Of a DNA stretch of 64,000 bases, positions 44,985-59,089 are shown piece by piece. The position numbers were made by a program, and so were the translations under genes. Each line of letters opens with the position of its first letter. Position 1 is the first letter of the stretch. The stretch is from the NCBI RefSeq assembly GCF_009914755.1, contig NC_060927.1, one strand, 5' to 3'. The notes under the pieces were generated by a model. That model searched no databases, had not been told where the DNA came from, and was given only the letters and a program-made list of their open reading frames with translations. This DNA is from the human T2T-CHM13v2.0 reference genome, Homo sapiens.

Positions 44985-45482
44985 TGTAGGAGAGGAAAGG
45001 GTTTTTTTTTTTTTTAACCTATCATAAGGTTTATTGTGGAGGCCCCTATAACAAAGGACAGATTAACAAGAGAAAAGCATACAAATTTACTTAATATAAG
45101 TTTTACGTGACAAAGGAGTCTTTATAAATAAAGGGCCAAAGAAACAGGTAAACTTGTGTATTTTTATGCTTATGTTCGATGAAAAGTGGATAGTCATAGA
45201 GAAACATGATTGGAGGACAAAAGGATATGACCTAATGGTAATAAACTGGGGGAAATTTAGCAAAGCCTGTTTGTTCAGATTTTCCTCTGGGTCCCTGTGC
45301 CTTCACAGATAAGGGTGTTTCTTTCCTCCTGGGATAAGGAGGGCAACACTTCAATGAGGATTTTATGACCTGCTTTAGGGGAGAAGGACAAAGGGAAAGG
45401 TGAGAGGGAACTTCTGCTTCTGCTTTTTTTCTCAAAATGCCAAGGTTCAGTATTTTGGGGTAGCATGTCCTGAACCCTATCA
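44985..45482 (-). mobile_element. MER34-family ERV1 solo LTR
   Basis: TG...CA termini, cagattaacaagagaaaagcatacaaattt, tattttggggtagcatgtcctgaaccc; 4-bp TSD tagc. Confidence 0.8.
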
Positions 45483-46619
45483 TAGCTAAGAAGAAGTGGA
45501 AGAGTGTCAGTGGATGGAAAATTACCAAGAGGGGGTCATCGGGGTAGGGGTGTTCTTGCTAACCAATTAGGATTCCTGCTGAAGGAGGCGGGGGGCATCA
45601 GATATCAAGGGTAGGGGTATTCTTGCTAACCTGACTTAGCAGAATTCTTGCTGCAACTGAACTAAGGAGGTCAAACAAAGAGCTCAAGGAAAAGGCTTAG
45701 TTGCAAAGAAGGCTCAAAGGAGTCTGTCTAAAATTTGATCAAGTAGAGAGTTTTTGTCACATGGTAGGTAAGACAGGAGAGAATAATAGTTTTCTTACTC
45801 TGAACAGCTACATTTCCCTTAGTTTCCCATTTGAATTAATGACTAATGAATTTTGCCTAATTTATTTTAGTCCGTTTGTATTTTTATCTCATCTACACTA
45901 AGGAGATATTATCAGTTTTATGTGAGGCAACTTAACCTCTCATGGCTATCAAGGGATGCACAGTCAAATACTATACCAAGCTTGGATATCTGCCCTATGT
46001 ATAGTGTCCATATGTTTCTTCATATTAATCTCACTTCTTCTCCCAGAGTTTGCTTTTCATAGCCAAAGAAGTCTCACACAATATCTCTCCCTATTCTCTT
46101 TTTCTGCATTGTGTTTACAACCTTTCTTTAGACTTTTTCTGTTTCAATTCTAGCTGTCTCACACTGTGACAATTAAAGCTGTAAACATTTTTTTTTCCAG
46201 ATGGCAAAGCACGAAGATAGTTCTAAAGTTTGAGATAATATTTTATATGTTCTTTTCAATATGACACATGCCAGTGATTGATAATTTAGTCATATTCTTG
46301 ATCAAGTCAAATTCTAAACTTTTATCTTTTAGACTGAAGTCTTAAGTGATAGCTTGGAGTTAATAATTCTATGCAGATTAGTTTTTCATGTTTACTAAAT
46401 TTTACTCCCCTTATACAAAAGTAATCTGCTATTTGTATAGCACTCAAAATTCTATGAGGATTATTACCTACTATACTTCACTAAATTAATACAAATTTTA
46501 TTTACCCATTTACCAGGTCATATTTCCTGATACTTTAGTTATATAAAAAGATTTTTCCTTTTTGAAATTTTAAGTTGATATTTTTAAAGAATTACCTTCA
46601 CTTTTCCATTTACTAACAC

Positions 46620-46850
46620 TTATTGTTTTAATTTAATTTTATAATTTCTAAATTCAAGTATACCTGGAAGCACAGAGAATAACGTTCATAATATTTATCC
46701 AACATCAAGAATTTTTTAAAAGTTTTGTCATATTACCTTTATTTTTATCAAGGAATAAAAAAGTATGGAATCAGGTTACATCTCTTTGTTTTCCTCCTAA
46801 AACATGCCCCCTCATTGCTTTCCCAGATACAATCGCTTGTTAAAATTATT
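46620..46850 (-). mobile_element. L1ME-like fragment
   Basis: Degenerate antisense old L1 3' end. Confidence 0.4.
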
Positions 46851-47756
46851 TTTCATGGAGTATAAAAAGACAGTCTTGGTAATTTAACACTATCCAGTTT
46901 TTCTGGGCCGGACGATCATCTCTAGACAAGCCTGCTGTATTCCTATCCCTACCAAAATTCCCATGGTTTTCCGGAAAGACAAATGAACCTTTTGAAATTG
47001 TGGGCACATAATAGTGTTTGATTTTCATGTGTCCCATGATTTCACCTCCTGCTTCAGCTTTCACATTATAATTAACCAACCATCTCCAGGGTATACATAT
47101 TTAAGAAAATGAAATGTCATTCTAGTTCAGTCTATGTGACAGCAGAAAACTTACCTCTAAATTATAATCAACAGCAGGTCACATGCTGAGAGAATGACAG
47201 GGGGGCAAAGACTATAAGTATATTAGATTGTCACAAAATTTATCTCTTTCAAGCTAAATTAGCTTCAGCAATAATCATTTAAGATATCAAAAGTATCTTT
47301 ATAAAATGTGTTTTCAATAACTGCTCTGATTCCTGTTAAGAGTTACAAGTATAGTAATAATGATTCATGTCAGAAATATATACTTGAAAATTTAAAAATT
47401 AATCAATGTTTATTACTTTTATTCCCTATACTTTCTTTTCAATAAGAGTAAACAGTGAAAATAAGACATGCCACAGGAAGTCTAGAGTCAGGGATTACCT
47501 CTATTTAGTCACAAATTTCTGCAATATCACAGCCTAGCTCATCAGTTACTGCAACTATTCAGGGAACCATTATATTGTGGGAAGTAATAAACAGAGGTCA
47601 GAAAAACAAATTTGTATATTATAGGAGTTTACTCATTATGATCTAATAACAATTGTTAACCATAATAATACCATGATTACACAGAGGCTTGGAAAATGTG
47701 GATCCACCAATGCCCATCCAGAGTTACCCCACAATTACATCAACAAAAACAAATGA

Positions 47757-48047
47757 AGGAACAGAAAATGAAATACCACATGTTCTCACTTACAAGTGGG
47801 AGCTAAATGATGAGAACACATGGACATAGAGAGGGGAACAACAGACACTGAGGCCTATTGGAGGGTGAAGGGTGGGAGGAAGGAGAGGATAAGGAAAATA
47901 AACTAATGAGTACTATGCTTAATAACTGGGTGATGAAATACTCTGTACAACAAACTCCCATCACACAAGTTTACCTATGTAACAAACCTGCACATTTCCC
48001 ACTGAACTTGAAATAAAAGTTAAAAAAATAAATTAAAATTAAAAGAA
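47757..48047 (+). mobile_element. L1PA13-like 3' end
   Basis: catgttctcacttacaagtgggagctaaatgatgagaacacatggac...gtttacctatgtaacaaacctgcac; TSD aaacaaatg. Confidence 0.85.
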
Positions 48048-49757
48048 GAAACAAATGCAATGTGTAAAATAGGAAATGTAAATGTGACGCTGAGCAATCT
48101 ACACTGAATTCTGGTTTCTGAAGGTCACTTTGTTTTATAAACAAATTTTAATGCTATAAGCCCCCTGAAAAGGTAAAACCACAGTTTTTTAATTGTCAAG
48201 ATGACTCCTACACTACATTAATGAATTGACAATTTAAAAAGCATTCCTATTGTGTCTAAAACCTTCCCTGTACAATTTCTCTATTGGCTTCATCTAGGTG
48301 ATTTGTAGACTCAATATAGAAGCTACCTCAGTAAACTTTTGGGATGACAAACCAGAACTTAATCTGAACATTTTTTAATACACAAACCACTGAGCTAGGT
48401 GCAAGGGACGCAAGAATGAATAACAGACATGTGGCTTAAAAGTTAAGAGGAAAAAAGGTATTTAAAACGATCAGTAAAATCCCAATATGACAAAAGGTTT
48501 TAGCAGCCGAATATACTAAGTGCAGTGAAAATGAATCCTGGTGATGTGGAAAATTCTGGCACATTTTCATCTTATTTAACATGTGTGGACTTTGGGAGTA
48601 CAAAAGAAGGATTTTCAAATATAAGAAGTAACAAAGTTGAATGATCCTTATATATTAAACAAATGTCATTCATTTTAAGAGAACTCTGCTTTTGATTACA
48701 TAATTTCTCTGGAATCTTCTCAATAGCTCGATTAAAGAGTGACACATGTCAGATCACTTTGTTGCAATCACCCACCTGTACTCTGAAATGTGAATCTTTT
48801 ATTTAATCTGTCCAAGATCCACAAATCTTTACTTCTACTTTCTTTATTATTAGTATTAACTTTCAATCTATAAACTATCAGCATAAAGTGACCTAATTTC
48901 AAACAGATTGGTAAGTCACTTTTGTACATTCACTTTTCTAAGTGGTGAAAAGGTTTCTTAGTCTATTTACTGTGCATAAAGTTTTAAAAGTATTTTATAT
49001 AGAAATCCCTTGGCAACAGTAGATGTTAATGTAATATACTTCCCAAGGAGTCAAATGTAGAACAGAGTGTGATTGAGTGCTTTTCATAAGTTTCAATGTG
49101 AGATCAAGAAAATAGAAGAGTTAAATATAGAGGAATTATCTATTATTTTTAGTATTTGTCTCTACAATTCCATAGACATATATATGTATATTCCATAGAC
49201 ATAGATATATGTGTATGTGTGTGTGTATATATACACAATTCCATAGATATAGACATATAGTTTTTAAATTTACAGATTATTTTTATACATCATTGCAAGT
49301 TTTATTTTTCTGAAATGTAACATTACATGTTTGCATTTAAGCAATATTGGTCTGTTACTTATTTTAGTTTTCATCTTTGATCTGTTGTTTACAAATTCGA
49401 CAGTAAGAAACATAAAAGTCCTAAATAGAGAAAAAAGAAAAATACCACAAATTCAAAACCTAGAGAGAAAACCAGGAGTAGCATGTGGGTGGAGGGAAGG
49501 AGAGATGGGGAAGTGTCAACAAGCAAATAAAAAAAAACTTATTTATTAAACAAAAGAGAAGATTATAATTGGAAAACTTATGGTCATTTTTTAAAGACTA
49601 TATGTTAACTTTGAGTCATATTTTTTTGAGGATGTATTCTATGGATATAATGGGACAAATGAATAAATATATATGAAAAGGATATTCACAGTAAGTTGTT
49701 TTTATTACTAAAATACTGAAAAAATCCAAATATCCAAGTGTAGGATGTGATTTTTTT

Positions 49758-50040
49758 AAATAAATTTTAAGACAGGGCCTCACTCTATCACCTGGGCTCT
49801 AGTGCAGTGGCATAATCAGGGCTCCCTGAAGCCTCGTCCTCCTGGGCTCAAAGCATCCTCCCATCTTAGCCTCCCAAGCAGCTGGGACTACAGGTGTTCA
49901 CCATCATGCCAGGCAAATTTTTTAAATTGTTTATAGAGACAGGTTCTCGCTATGTTGTCCAGGCTCTTGGGCTCGAGAGATCCTCCTGCCTTGACCTCCC
50001 AAAGAGCTGAGATTACAGGTGCGAGCCACCATGCCCAGCC
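49758..50040 (-). mobile_element. AluJ
   Basis: Antisense dimer; TSD aggatgtg(a/c)tttttt. Confidence 0.88.
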
Positions 50041-51482
50041 AGGATGTGCTTTTTTAAAAGTATGCTTCAAGCATATGAAGGAATGAAGGCAATGTTTGAA
50101 AAGGAACTTCCACTTATTAACCTGAATGAATATTCATGACAAATTTTGCAGGGAGAAAAACAAATTACAAAACAGTATGTAAAGTAGGTCCCCATTTCAT
50201 AAAGATAAGGCATATATATATATTTGTATTGCATAAGTCTAGAAAAACAAAAATAAAAAATTTAATGATGTTATCTCTTGTTCATACAATTATGTAAAAT
50301 TTTCCCTTTTCTTTTAGTTTAAATAAGTTTTTCAGGTTAATTTTTATAACAAACGGGTTAATTACTTAAAAATAGTTTTAAACATGTTCTTGATAGCGCA
50401 GCTGCTGGAAAGAAAATGCAAATGTGGTAAGGAATTAGTCTAAGATTTCAATTCCATTACAGATATAAAAAATGTAATGCATTAAGTGAGTGTGTGTCGA
50501 TTAGATATACATGAAGTAAAGCTTCTCTGGACACTAGAAATCAGATAGAGGCCAATAAGGAAATTCTCAATTTCTTCAAATATTGAAATAAATAAAACAA
50601 TCCACTGTTTCAAGCTATGAACACTAGGATCATGCAGATATTGACTATGAGCCCGACTCCATGAAACAGTTGGACAGTGATTTCAATTTAATAAGCAGGT
50701 GCCAGAAAGTATGAGAACTGAGGGTTCAGTAATAAGCAGGTTCTTGCTGTCCCTCTTTAACAGCCAAACATGACTTTCCAAGCCGTACATCTATGACATC
50801 TTTTGATATGCAGGGCACATTTTAAAAGAAATGCCGCCTAGTTAGGTGAGAAAATATGGATCCCAATTACCTGTTTATTCAGTGGTAGTATCCAACATGT
50901 TTTAAGAGGTCTCAGATCATGAAATGTATAGTATAAAAGCCAGTGCCCTTGCCAGCAGACAGGTATTGCTTGTCAAACTTTTGCAGAGGAAGGATCAAAA
51001 TATACTATTTTTTTTTGTCCCTTCTCTAAAGGTTCTACTTCACAAACTGTTGCCACAGAATCTTACCTGTAATCTTAACTACGATTTGTCTCTACTTAGG
51101 GGTTTAATAAATGACTGTCTTAAAGCACAGGAGGGAAGTATAATCTGATCTATTCTAATGAATTCTGACAACTTTATGTTTCAATTAGATAAAAAAAAAA
51201 GTACCTTTTTCATGAACCTACATGTTATTTTTCATTTTTAAAACATAAAATTAATAATCAGTATATAAAATTCTGAAATACACATCAAAAATTATAAAGA
51301 AAAAAGCCATTATTCTTAACACTTACACCCAAAGAAGATTATGATGATGACGATAACAAAAACATTAGTGATGGTGATAATAATGACATAGGAGCTAAAA
51401 TACATTATGCATTTCCATTATCCTGGTGCTATGCTCAGTGTTTTATGTACATATTTTTACTGATAATATTTTTAAAAAATCC

Positions 51483-52600
51483 TGATACTGTTAAAGCAGT
51501 AAGGAAGACTGTATTCTGGGCCACTATAAATGGTGTTAAGACTGTTATAATAATGGAGAGACATCAGGCTCAACTCCAAATATGGCAAAGACAACTGGGT
51601 ACTTATAGCTAGTGAGTAGAATGAAGAGTTCAGTGGATGAAAAATTACTTAGAGAAGACATCAAGGCTAGAGGGTTTCTTGCAACATGGGCCTAACGTGA
51701 TTTTTCCCGAAGGTAGGCCAAAAATTGTACAATAAAAGTAGGGATGAGGATTTAGATCAGATATTGAGGATGATCAGATGCCAAGGGTAGGAGAATAAGG
51801 TCAGAAAGGTGCCCATCATAAAGGTCACACTGAAACTTCTGTGACAAAACACAGGTTAACAAGAGAAAAAATAAAACATTTAGTTATTTTAAAGTTTTAT
51901 GTGACATGGAGGGTTTCAGAATGAAGACCCAAAGGAGGGCTGTCCATTTTTAGGCTTAGATTTGATGGAGGAGACAACCATGTGAAAATGTGATTGGACA
52001 AAAATGGAAAGATCTAACAGTAATAGACTTAATGTGGAAACCCAGCAATATCTAACTGTTCAGAATCTTCTTTGCCTCTGTGTTGTAGCATTTCTTCCTC
52101 CTGGGTGTAGAACCTCTCTGGAATGAAGGCCTTAAGACCTACTCTCAAACAAGAACAGGTCAGATAATCTCTTTACGGCCAGCTCCTAGGCCAAAAAGTG
52201 GGTGAAGGTGAGGATAATATTCCTAAACTTATGGCTTGCTTTGGGGAAAAGAGGTTCTAGTTTCTATGACCTGACTTGGGAATGACAAATTCTGGTTTAT
52301 ATTACTTACTTCAGGAGGAAATGAGAGTTAAGGGCAGGAGAAGGTCAGACATACCTTGTTTCTGAGGATGTTTCTGAGAACTTTCAATGTTCTTTAGTTT
52401 AAAGTTCAGCATGCCAAAGCACCATACTTTGGGTTATCATTTTCTGTGCCTCAACAGGAGGATGCTTGCTAAATTGACCTTGAAAGATAATCACTATAAT
52501 GAGACTAGGCAGGCCAAAGACAGGGACCAAAAATGAGACCTAGAGAAAAAGAAGGCTCAAAAGAACTTGAACAAAGTTTGGTTGAGGAGAGTCTTTGTGA
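51483..52600 (-). mobile_element. MER31 ERV1 solo LTR, interrupted by MER39 and inserted in a MIR
   Basis: tgatactgttaaagcagtaaggaagact...cagtggatgaaaaattac...aaagtttggttgaggagagtctttgt; MIR pieces at ~51380-51480 and ~52601-52650. Confidence 0.75.
51787..52456 (-). mobile_element. MER39 ERV1 solo LTR
   Basis: agggcaggagaaggtcaga...cagcatgccaaagcaccatactttgggttatcattttctgtgcctcaaca. Confidence 0.75.
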
Positions 52601-52752
52601 AAATACAGCTATTGTTATCCCATTTTACACACAAGAGACCTTAAGCCTAGAAAGTTGATTTTTAATCAGAAGAGGGTAGAAGCTTTGAGTAGAGTAATGG
52701 ATATGTCCCAGTGCAATACTTTCAAAGATGATGGCACAAACAAATTTAAGTG

Positions 52753-53074
52753 TTTTTTTTCTCTTTTATTCCTTTTTTTTTTTTTAAAGACACGATGTTG
52801 CCCAGGCTGAAGTGCAGTGTTGTGATCACTGTTCAGTGCAGCCTTGACAACCTGGGCTCAAGCAATCCTCCTGCCTCAGCCTCCCTAGTAGCCCTAGTAG
52901 CTAGGACCATAGGCATGCACACCCATACCCAGCTAATTTTTTTTAAAAATTTTCTGTAGAGACAGGATTCCGCCATGTTGCCCAAGCTAGTCTCAAACTC
53001 CTGGACTCAAGTGATTCACCCACTTTGTCTTCCTAAATTGTTGGGATTACAGGCTTTAGCCACTGTGCCTGGCC
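52753..53074 (-). mobile_element. AluJ
   Basis: Antisense dimer; TSD caaatttaa. Confidence 0.88.
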
Positions 53075-53161
53075 AAATTTAAAAGTTTAACAAAGGTTGA
53101 GCCAGTAATTATTTGCAGAGGTGAAATTACACTTTTGCTTTCTAACTCTCAATCATGAGCT

Positions 53162-53677
53162 TGTAGGAGGAAAGGGATTTCTTTCCTCATCAATTACAAG
53201 ATTCACGTTGAAAACATATAACAAAGCACAGATAACAATAGAAAAGCATACAAATTTATCTAATAAAAGTTTTATATGACACAGGAGACTTCAGAAATGA
53301 ATACTCAAAGAAACAAGGAAATCTGTGTGCTTTTATGCTTAGGTTTGATGAAAAGTGGCAGTGGCAGGGAAGTATTAGACAAAAGGGGCTATGACCTAAA
53401 GGTGATAAACTTGAGGAAACTTAACAACTTAGCAAGGCCTATTTGTTCAGATTCTCCCTGGCATCTTGGTGACTTTGGATCCTTTCTATAGGGAGAGTCT
53501 CTCTGGAATGAAGATCTTATGACCTACGTTAGAAGAAGGTCAGATAATTATATTATAGCCTGCTTCATGGAAGAAAGGTGGGAGAATTTCAGAGAGACCT
53601 TTCTATTCCACTCTTTTCTCAAAGGCTAAGGTGCCATATTTTAGGGTAGCATGCCCTGAACCCCATGAACCCCATCA
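53162..53677 (-). mobile_element. MER34-family ERV1 solo LTR
   Basis: Homologous to 44985-45482; ends aaggtgccatattttagggtagcatgccctgaaccccatgaaccccatca with a 9-bp terminal duplication. Confidence 0.8.
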
Positions 53678-53738
53678 AGAGAAGAAAGTGTACCCCGATT
53701 CCCACTACCAGTGTGTATTCATACATCTATTCACACAT

Positions 53739-53739
<1 letters not shown>

Positions 53740-53769
<30 letters not shown>
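53740..53769. repeat. (CA)15 microsatellite
   Basis: Read directly. Confidence 0.95.
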
Positions 53770-53777
<8 letters not shown>

Positions 53778-56700
53778 ATATATAATTCTTTTAAAGAAGC
53801 ATGTGGTCTCAATTCCTACTGCAAACTCCAAATTATTTTACTATTGGTCATTTCAAAACCAATGGCCACAGTAAGAATCTCCATGCAGCTATCTGTACTT
53901 TGCCAAGATACCGCAGTTTATTTTCAAGATTGCTGTCCTTCTACTTGGAATCTATTCTCCCCATACATGCCTCCCCACACGTGCCTACTTTTGAAAATTA
54001 TTCAAAATACATAAATAAGAAAATCTCTGGGCTTTTTCTAAATTTAGTAACCCCTTTTCACAAATGTTTACACAATTTATTCAAATGATATCACATCATC
54101 TGTAATAACATCCAAGAAAATAAAACATAGTAGAAGTTCAGAAAGTTGTGCTGGTTATGAAGACCTTGTTCTCGAAGTGTTAAGAGTTTAAGGTACAGCT
54201 CCAGTCATTTCCAGGGTCAAGTTAATAAATTCTTCTTTATTTTTTAATGCATCAGGGCCTGTACTTAAATTGTTCCACTGTTCCCTATTGTCCTGACACC
54301 CACATCTATACTCAACCATTTTGTTTAAATGAAAGAGCATGTTTAACTTTGTAATACAAAGCACAGCTGAATCATTGACACTTCAATCAGGCTTTTTTAT
54401 ACTGAAATCACAGTAGGATATCCCTTTTACTGAGAATGTATTGACACTAAAGTAGAATTGATTTCAAACTAAAAATGAAAGGCAAAACACATCAATATGT
54501 GTGTGTATCTGCATAACAATCCAGTGTAATTTTATTATAACTGTGTTTACGGTATAGAGAACTCAAGGTTAGATCTGTATCCGACTTGTCTATTTCTAGT
54601 TTTAGAAATTAGAGAAATAAAAAAGAAATTAAGACAACTTTATTTATGGAAAAGTTTAGTAACTCATCTTCTAGGAGAGTATGCAGTGAGGAGAATGTCT
54701 TAAATTTGTAAAGCACTTTGTTCCCCCTTACCCAGAGAGTTGTTTATTGTTACAAATATTTGAAAGTTTGCTGGAGGTTATTTTGATTGTCAGAATAGGG
54801 ACAGACACTTTTATCAATAGCACAGTTGGAAGAGTTCATCAGATACAGGATTCTCAGGTTCTCTGAGTTAGAAGTTAAAACAAGATTTCAAAACTAGGTT
54901 TCTCCTTTGGCAATAAAATAAGCATGTAGATAAATAAATGAGACATAAAATTAATATGTAGAGCATGGCAGCAAGATCAAATTAAGATTTATGATTCAGT
55001 GTGGTAAAGCAAAGAAAATAAAAAATTAATTAGTTAATCTGACTAATTAATTTTATTGCCCTTTGTCTGAAGTCAACACCCTATTTTCTAAGGGAAAGAC
55101 TAGGAATATGAGAAGCTTCCCAATAAGTTTAAGTCCTGTATTTTGGCTTGCTATCTGAAACAGCAAGATTGGATGTTTCTTAAGCATATTCAAAGCTTCG
55201 TTTGCTTAGCCTGAATGCCGCATAAAATGCCACACAAGTCTATGAGTTGGTGAGGGATGCATTGGCTTTTGTCCACTAATAAAGTTGAAACAAATCATGT
55301 TGTTGCCTCAAATGTTTCCTGGGCCAGATGAAAACAGGGACTCCTACATAATGCATATGTTCCAATAACTGCAGAAAATGAAATTAAAAAAAATCTGTAG
55401 TTTGCGAGAGCACAGTGCTCATAGCACAAAAATGCCAGTATGAGCAAGAAAAATAAAAACAGACTTACAAATGAGTATATTTACATGCCGAAAAAGAAGA
55501 GAATTTAAATAACCAAAGCAGGTGAGCTGGTTTCACAAAGAGAACATTATGTTATTTAACAGAAGGCATTACTAATTCTACAGTTAAATATATGGTGAAA
55601 GGTGAAGGGAAATCAGAGAAGCAACCTGCAACTGTCTGTAACAGAAAGGACTCCCTAGGCAAAGCCCTTAAAGGGTCTAAAACCTGCAGCCACAACTTAA
55701 GTAACCATAAGAAGTCTTACTTTGAGGATGTGAGTCTGCAAAAATCAAAGAAAAAATTCTTCCAACATTTCTGAAATTAGCTTGAATTTGCTAATTGCAA
55801 ACAGACAAGAAGAAGGAAGACTGTTGAATTGATTTATAATTCTTGCAAAGGCTCCCCTTTATCTATAAAAAAAGCAGAAGATGAAACAGTGGTATCTATG
55901 TATTTAACAAAATTTAGTGTATAAATAGTTTTGGCACCTAGAAATAACTGATCAGATAATTACATGAAGTCATGTTATTAAACATGATAGAATCTGACTA
56001 ATGAAGATATATAACAAAAATATATTTTCATCAAAAAAATAATTTTTAAGTGAATATATATTATTCAGAAACTGTAGGCTTTAGTATGCTAATGAAAAAG
56101 CCTTGACTCCCTAGCTATTTACATGGCTTTCAGCTCTCCAAAACCAGTGATCTAGTCGAATTAATGTTGGCCTCAACTTAAAAGTCATCTGTATAAATAA
56201 ATAATGTACATCCTCTGCATACTTTTTGCTTGAGCAGTTTCAGTGCAGACGTCTGCTGGAATTATGAGAAGCTTCCAAAGAGATTAAACTAAGAACAAAA
56301 TTAAAATATGTTTTAGAGGATAGTCTAGATTACAGCACAAAATTTGAAGATCAAAGTCTTAACATAATAAAGACTAACAACTAAACATAAAGACTTTTTT
56401 GATTATAATGTCAGCTAAGATTGAGTTATTGAAATATATGAATATGCAAATATATATCTCACATTCCAACACAGGAACTATTTGAGAAAATGTGATTTGG
56501 ACAGTAGTTACAGTAAGGAAAAAAAAATTCAGAATCCTGGATGGAAAAATATAGTTTATAGTAGAAAATCATGCCATGTTTTGTTTTATTTGTTTTGTGT
56601 TTTCAGATCTGTATTAGAAAATGTACTAATCATTCTAAACTGGAAAAATGCAATTTAAATTATCTAGATAATTTAAGTATTTGCATATGTACATTTTATC

Positions 56701-56799
56701 TAATTTATACAGATTAATTATTATATCAAATTGAGTTTCCTAAAGAAATATTGACCATTCTAATTTTTTTTGGCTAATTATATTGTAATTCTTATTAGA

Positions 56800-59089
56800 T
56801 GATATGGTTTGGCTCTATTTCCCCACCCAACTCTCATCTTGTAGCTCCGATTTTTCCCATGTGTTGTGGGAGGAACCCAGTGGGAGGTGACTGAATAATG
56901 CGGGGGGGTCTTTCCCATGCTGTACTTGTGACAGTGAATGGGTGTCACGAGATCTGACGGTTGTAAAAACAAGACTTTCTCTGCACAAGCTCTCTCTTTG
57001 CCTGCTGCCATCCACCTAAGATGTAACTTGCCTTTCCTCGCCTTCCACCATGATTGTGAAGCCTCCACAACCATGTAGAACTGTAAGTCCAAAAAACCTC
57101 TTTCTTTTGTAAATTGTTCAGTCTCAGGTATGTCTTGATATATCAGCAGCATGAAAATGGACTAATATAGTAATTTGGTACCAGTAGAGTGGGGCGCTGC
57201 TGAAAAGATATCTGAAAATGTGAAAGTGACTTTGGAACTGGGTAACAGGCAGAGGTTGGAAGAGTTTGGAAGGCTCAGAATAAGACAGGAAAATTTGGGA
57301 AGGTTTGGAACTTCCTAGAGGCTTGTTGAATGGTTTTACCCAAAATGCTGATAATGATATGGACAATGAAATCCAGGCTGAGATGGTCTCACATGGAGAT
57401 GAGGAACTTGTTGAGAACTGAAGTGAAGGTGACTCTTGTTATGTCTTAGCAAAGAGACTCACGTCATTTTGCCTCTGCCCTAGAGATTTGTGAAACTTTG
57501 AACTTGAGGGAGGTTATTTAGGGTATCTGCTGGAAGAAATTTCTAAGCAGCAAAGCATTCAAGAATTGACTTGGGTGCTGTTAAAGGCATTCAGTTTTAT
57601 AAGGGAAGCAGAGCATAAAAGTTCAGAAAATTTGCAGCCTGACAATGTGATAGAAAAGAAAATTCCATTTTCTGAGGAGAAATTTAAGTGGGCTGCAGGC
57701 ATTTGCATAAATAATGAGGAGCCAAATAATCCCTAAGACAATGGAGAAAATGTCTCCAAGGCATATCAGAGGTCTTCACAGCAGACCCTCCCATTACAGG
57801 CCTAGAGGCCTAGGAGGAAAAAGTGGTCTCCTAGGCTGGGCCCAGGATCCTGATGCTGTGTCCAGCCTAGGGACTTGGTGCCCTGCATCCCAGCCACTCT
57901 AGCCATGGCTGAAAGGAGCCAATGGCTTCAGAGGGTGCAAACCTCAAGTCTTGGCAACTTCCACATGGTGTTGAGCCTGCCAGTGCACAGAAGTCAAGAA
58001 TCGGGTTTCGGGAACCTCTGCCTAGATTTCAGAAGATGTATGGAAACAACTAGATGCCCCAGCAGAAGTTTGCTGCAGGGGTGGGGCTTTCATGGAGAAC
58101 CTCTGCAGTGCAGAAGGGAAATGTGGGGTCAGAGCCCCCCACACAGAGTCCCTACTGGGGCTGTGCCTAGTGGAGCTGTGAGAAGAGGGCCACCATCCTC
58201 CAGACCCTGGAATGACAGATCCAGTGATGGCTTGCATTGTGGTAGTTGGAAAAGCCACAGACACTCAATGCCAGCCCTGAAGGCAGCCAGAAGGGAGGCT
58301 GTACCCTGCAAAGCCACAGAGGCAGAGCTGTCCAAGACCAGGGAACCTACCTCTTGCATCAGCATGACCTGGATGTGAGAAATGGAGTCAAAGTAAATCA
58401 TTTTGGAGCTTTAAGATTTGACTGCCCCACTGGATATTGGACTTTCATGTGGCCTGTAGCACCTTTGTTTTGGCCAATTTTTCCCATTTGGAATGGCTGT
58501 ATTTACCTAATGCCTGTATCCCATTGTATCTAGGAAGTAGATAACTTGCTTTTGATTTTTCAGGCCCATAGGTGGAAGGGACTTGCCTTGTCTTGGATGA
58601 GACTTTGGACTGTGGACTTGCAAGTTAATGCTGAAATGAGTTGAGAATTTGGAGGACTGTTGGGAAGGCATGATTGGTTTTGAAACGTAAAGATATGAGA
58701 TTTGGGAGGGGCCAGGGGTGAAATGATATGCTTCAGCTCTGCGTCCCCACCCAAATCTCATCGTGTAGCTCCCATTATTCCCACATACCATGGCAGGAAC
58801 CCAGTGGGAGATGATTGAATAATGGGAGCAGGTCTTTCCCATGCTGTTCTCATTGATAGTGAATTGGTCTCATGAGATCTGATGGTTTTAAAATGAGAGT
58901 TTCCCTGCACAAGCCCTCTCTTTGCCTGCTGCCATCCACTTAAAATGTGACTTGCTCCTCCTTGCCTTCCACCATGATTTTGAGGCCTGCCTAGCCATGT
59001 GGAACTGTAAGTCCAATAAACCTCTTTCTTTTGTAAATTGCGCAATCTTGGGTATTTCTTTATCAGCAGCATGAAAACGGACTAATACA
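56800..59089 (+). mobile_element. Full-length THE1 (THE1B-like): 5' LTR 56800-57169, internal 57170-58723, 3' LTR 58724-59089
   Basis: Two direct LTRs (tgatatg...gactaata(t/c)a) around THE1-int; TSD ttaga/ttagg. Confidence 0.95.

Larger units (their letters stand above)
44540..45759 (-). mobile_element. MER31 ERV1 solo LTR, interrupted by Alu and MER34
   Basis: gactattgcaatag...gtcagtggatggaaaattac...aaggctcaaaggagtctgtctaaaatttgatcaag...tttttgtca. Confidence 0.75.

Noticed and set aside
49163-49260. Three copies of attccataga among TA/TG runs, superficially repeat-spacer-like
   Set aside because: Short low-complexity slippage duplication in eukaryotic DNA; not a CRISPR-like array
44540-52600. 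The two MER31 LTRs as ends of one provirus
   Set aside because: The 5.7 kb between them is unique AT-rich DNA with old L1/MIR pieces, not ERV internal sequence, and the second LTR has its own MIR flanks
58985-58997. PRDM9 hotspot motif in the THE1B-like 3' LTR
   Set aside because: It reads cctgcctagccat, failing CCNCCNTNNCCNC at two positions; the other THE1 LTRs also fail
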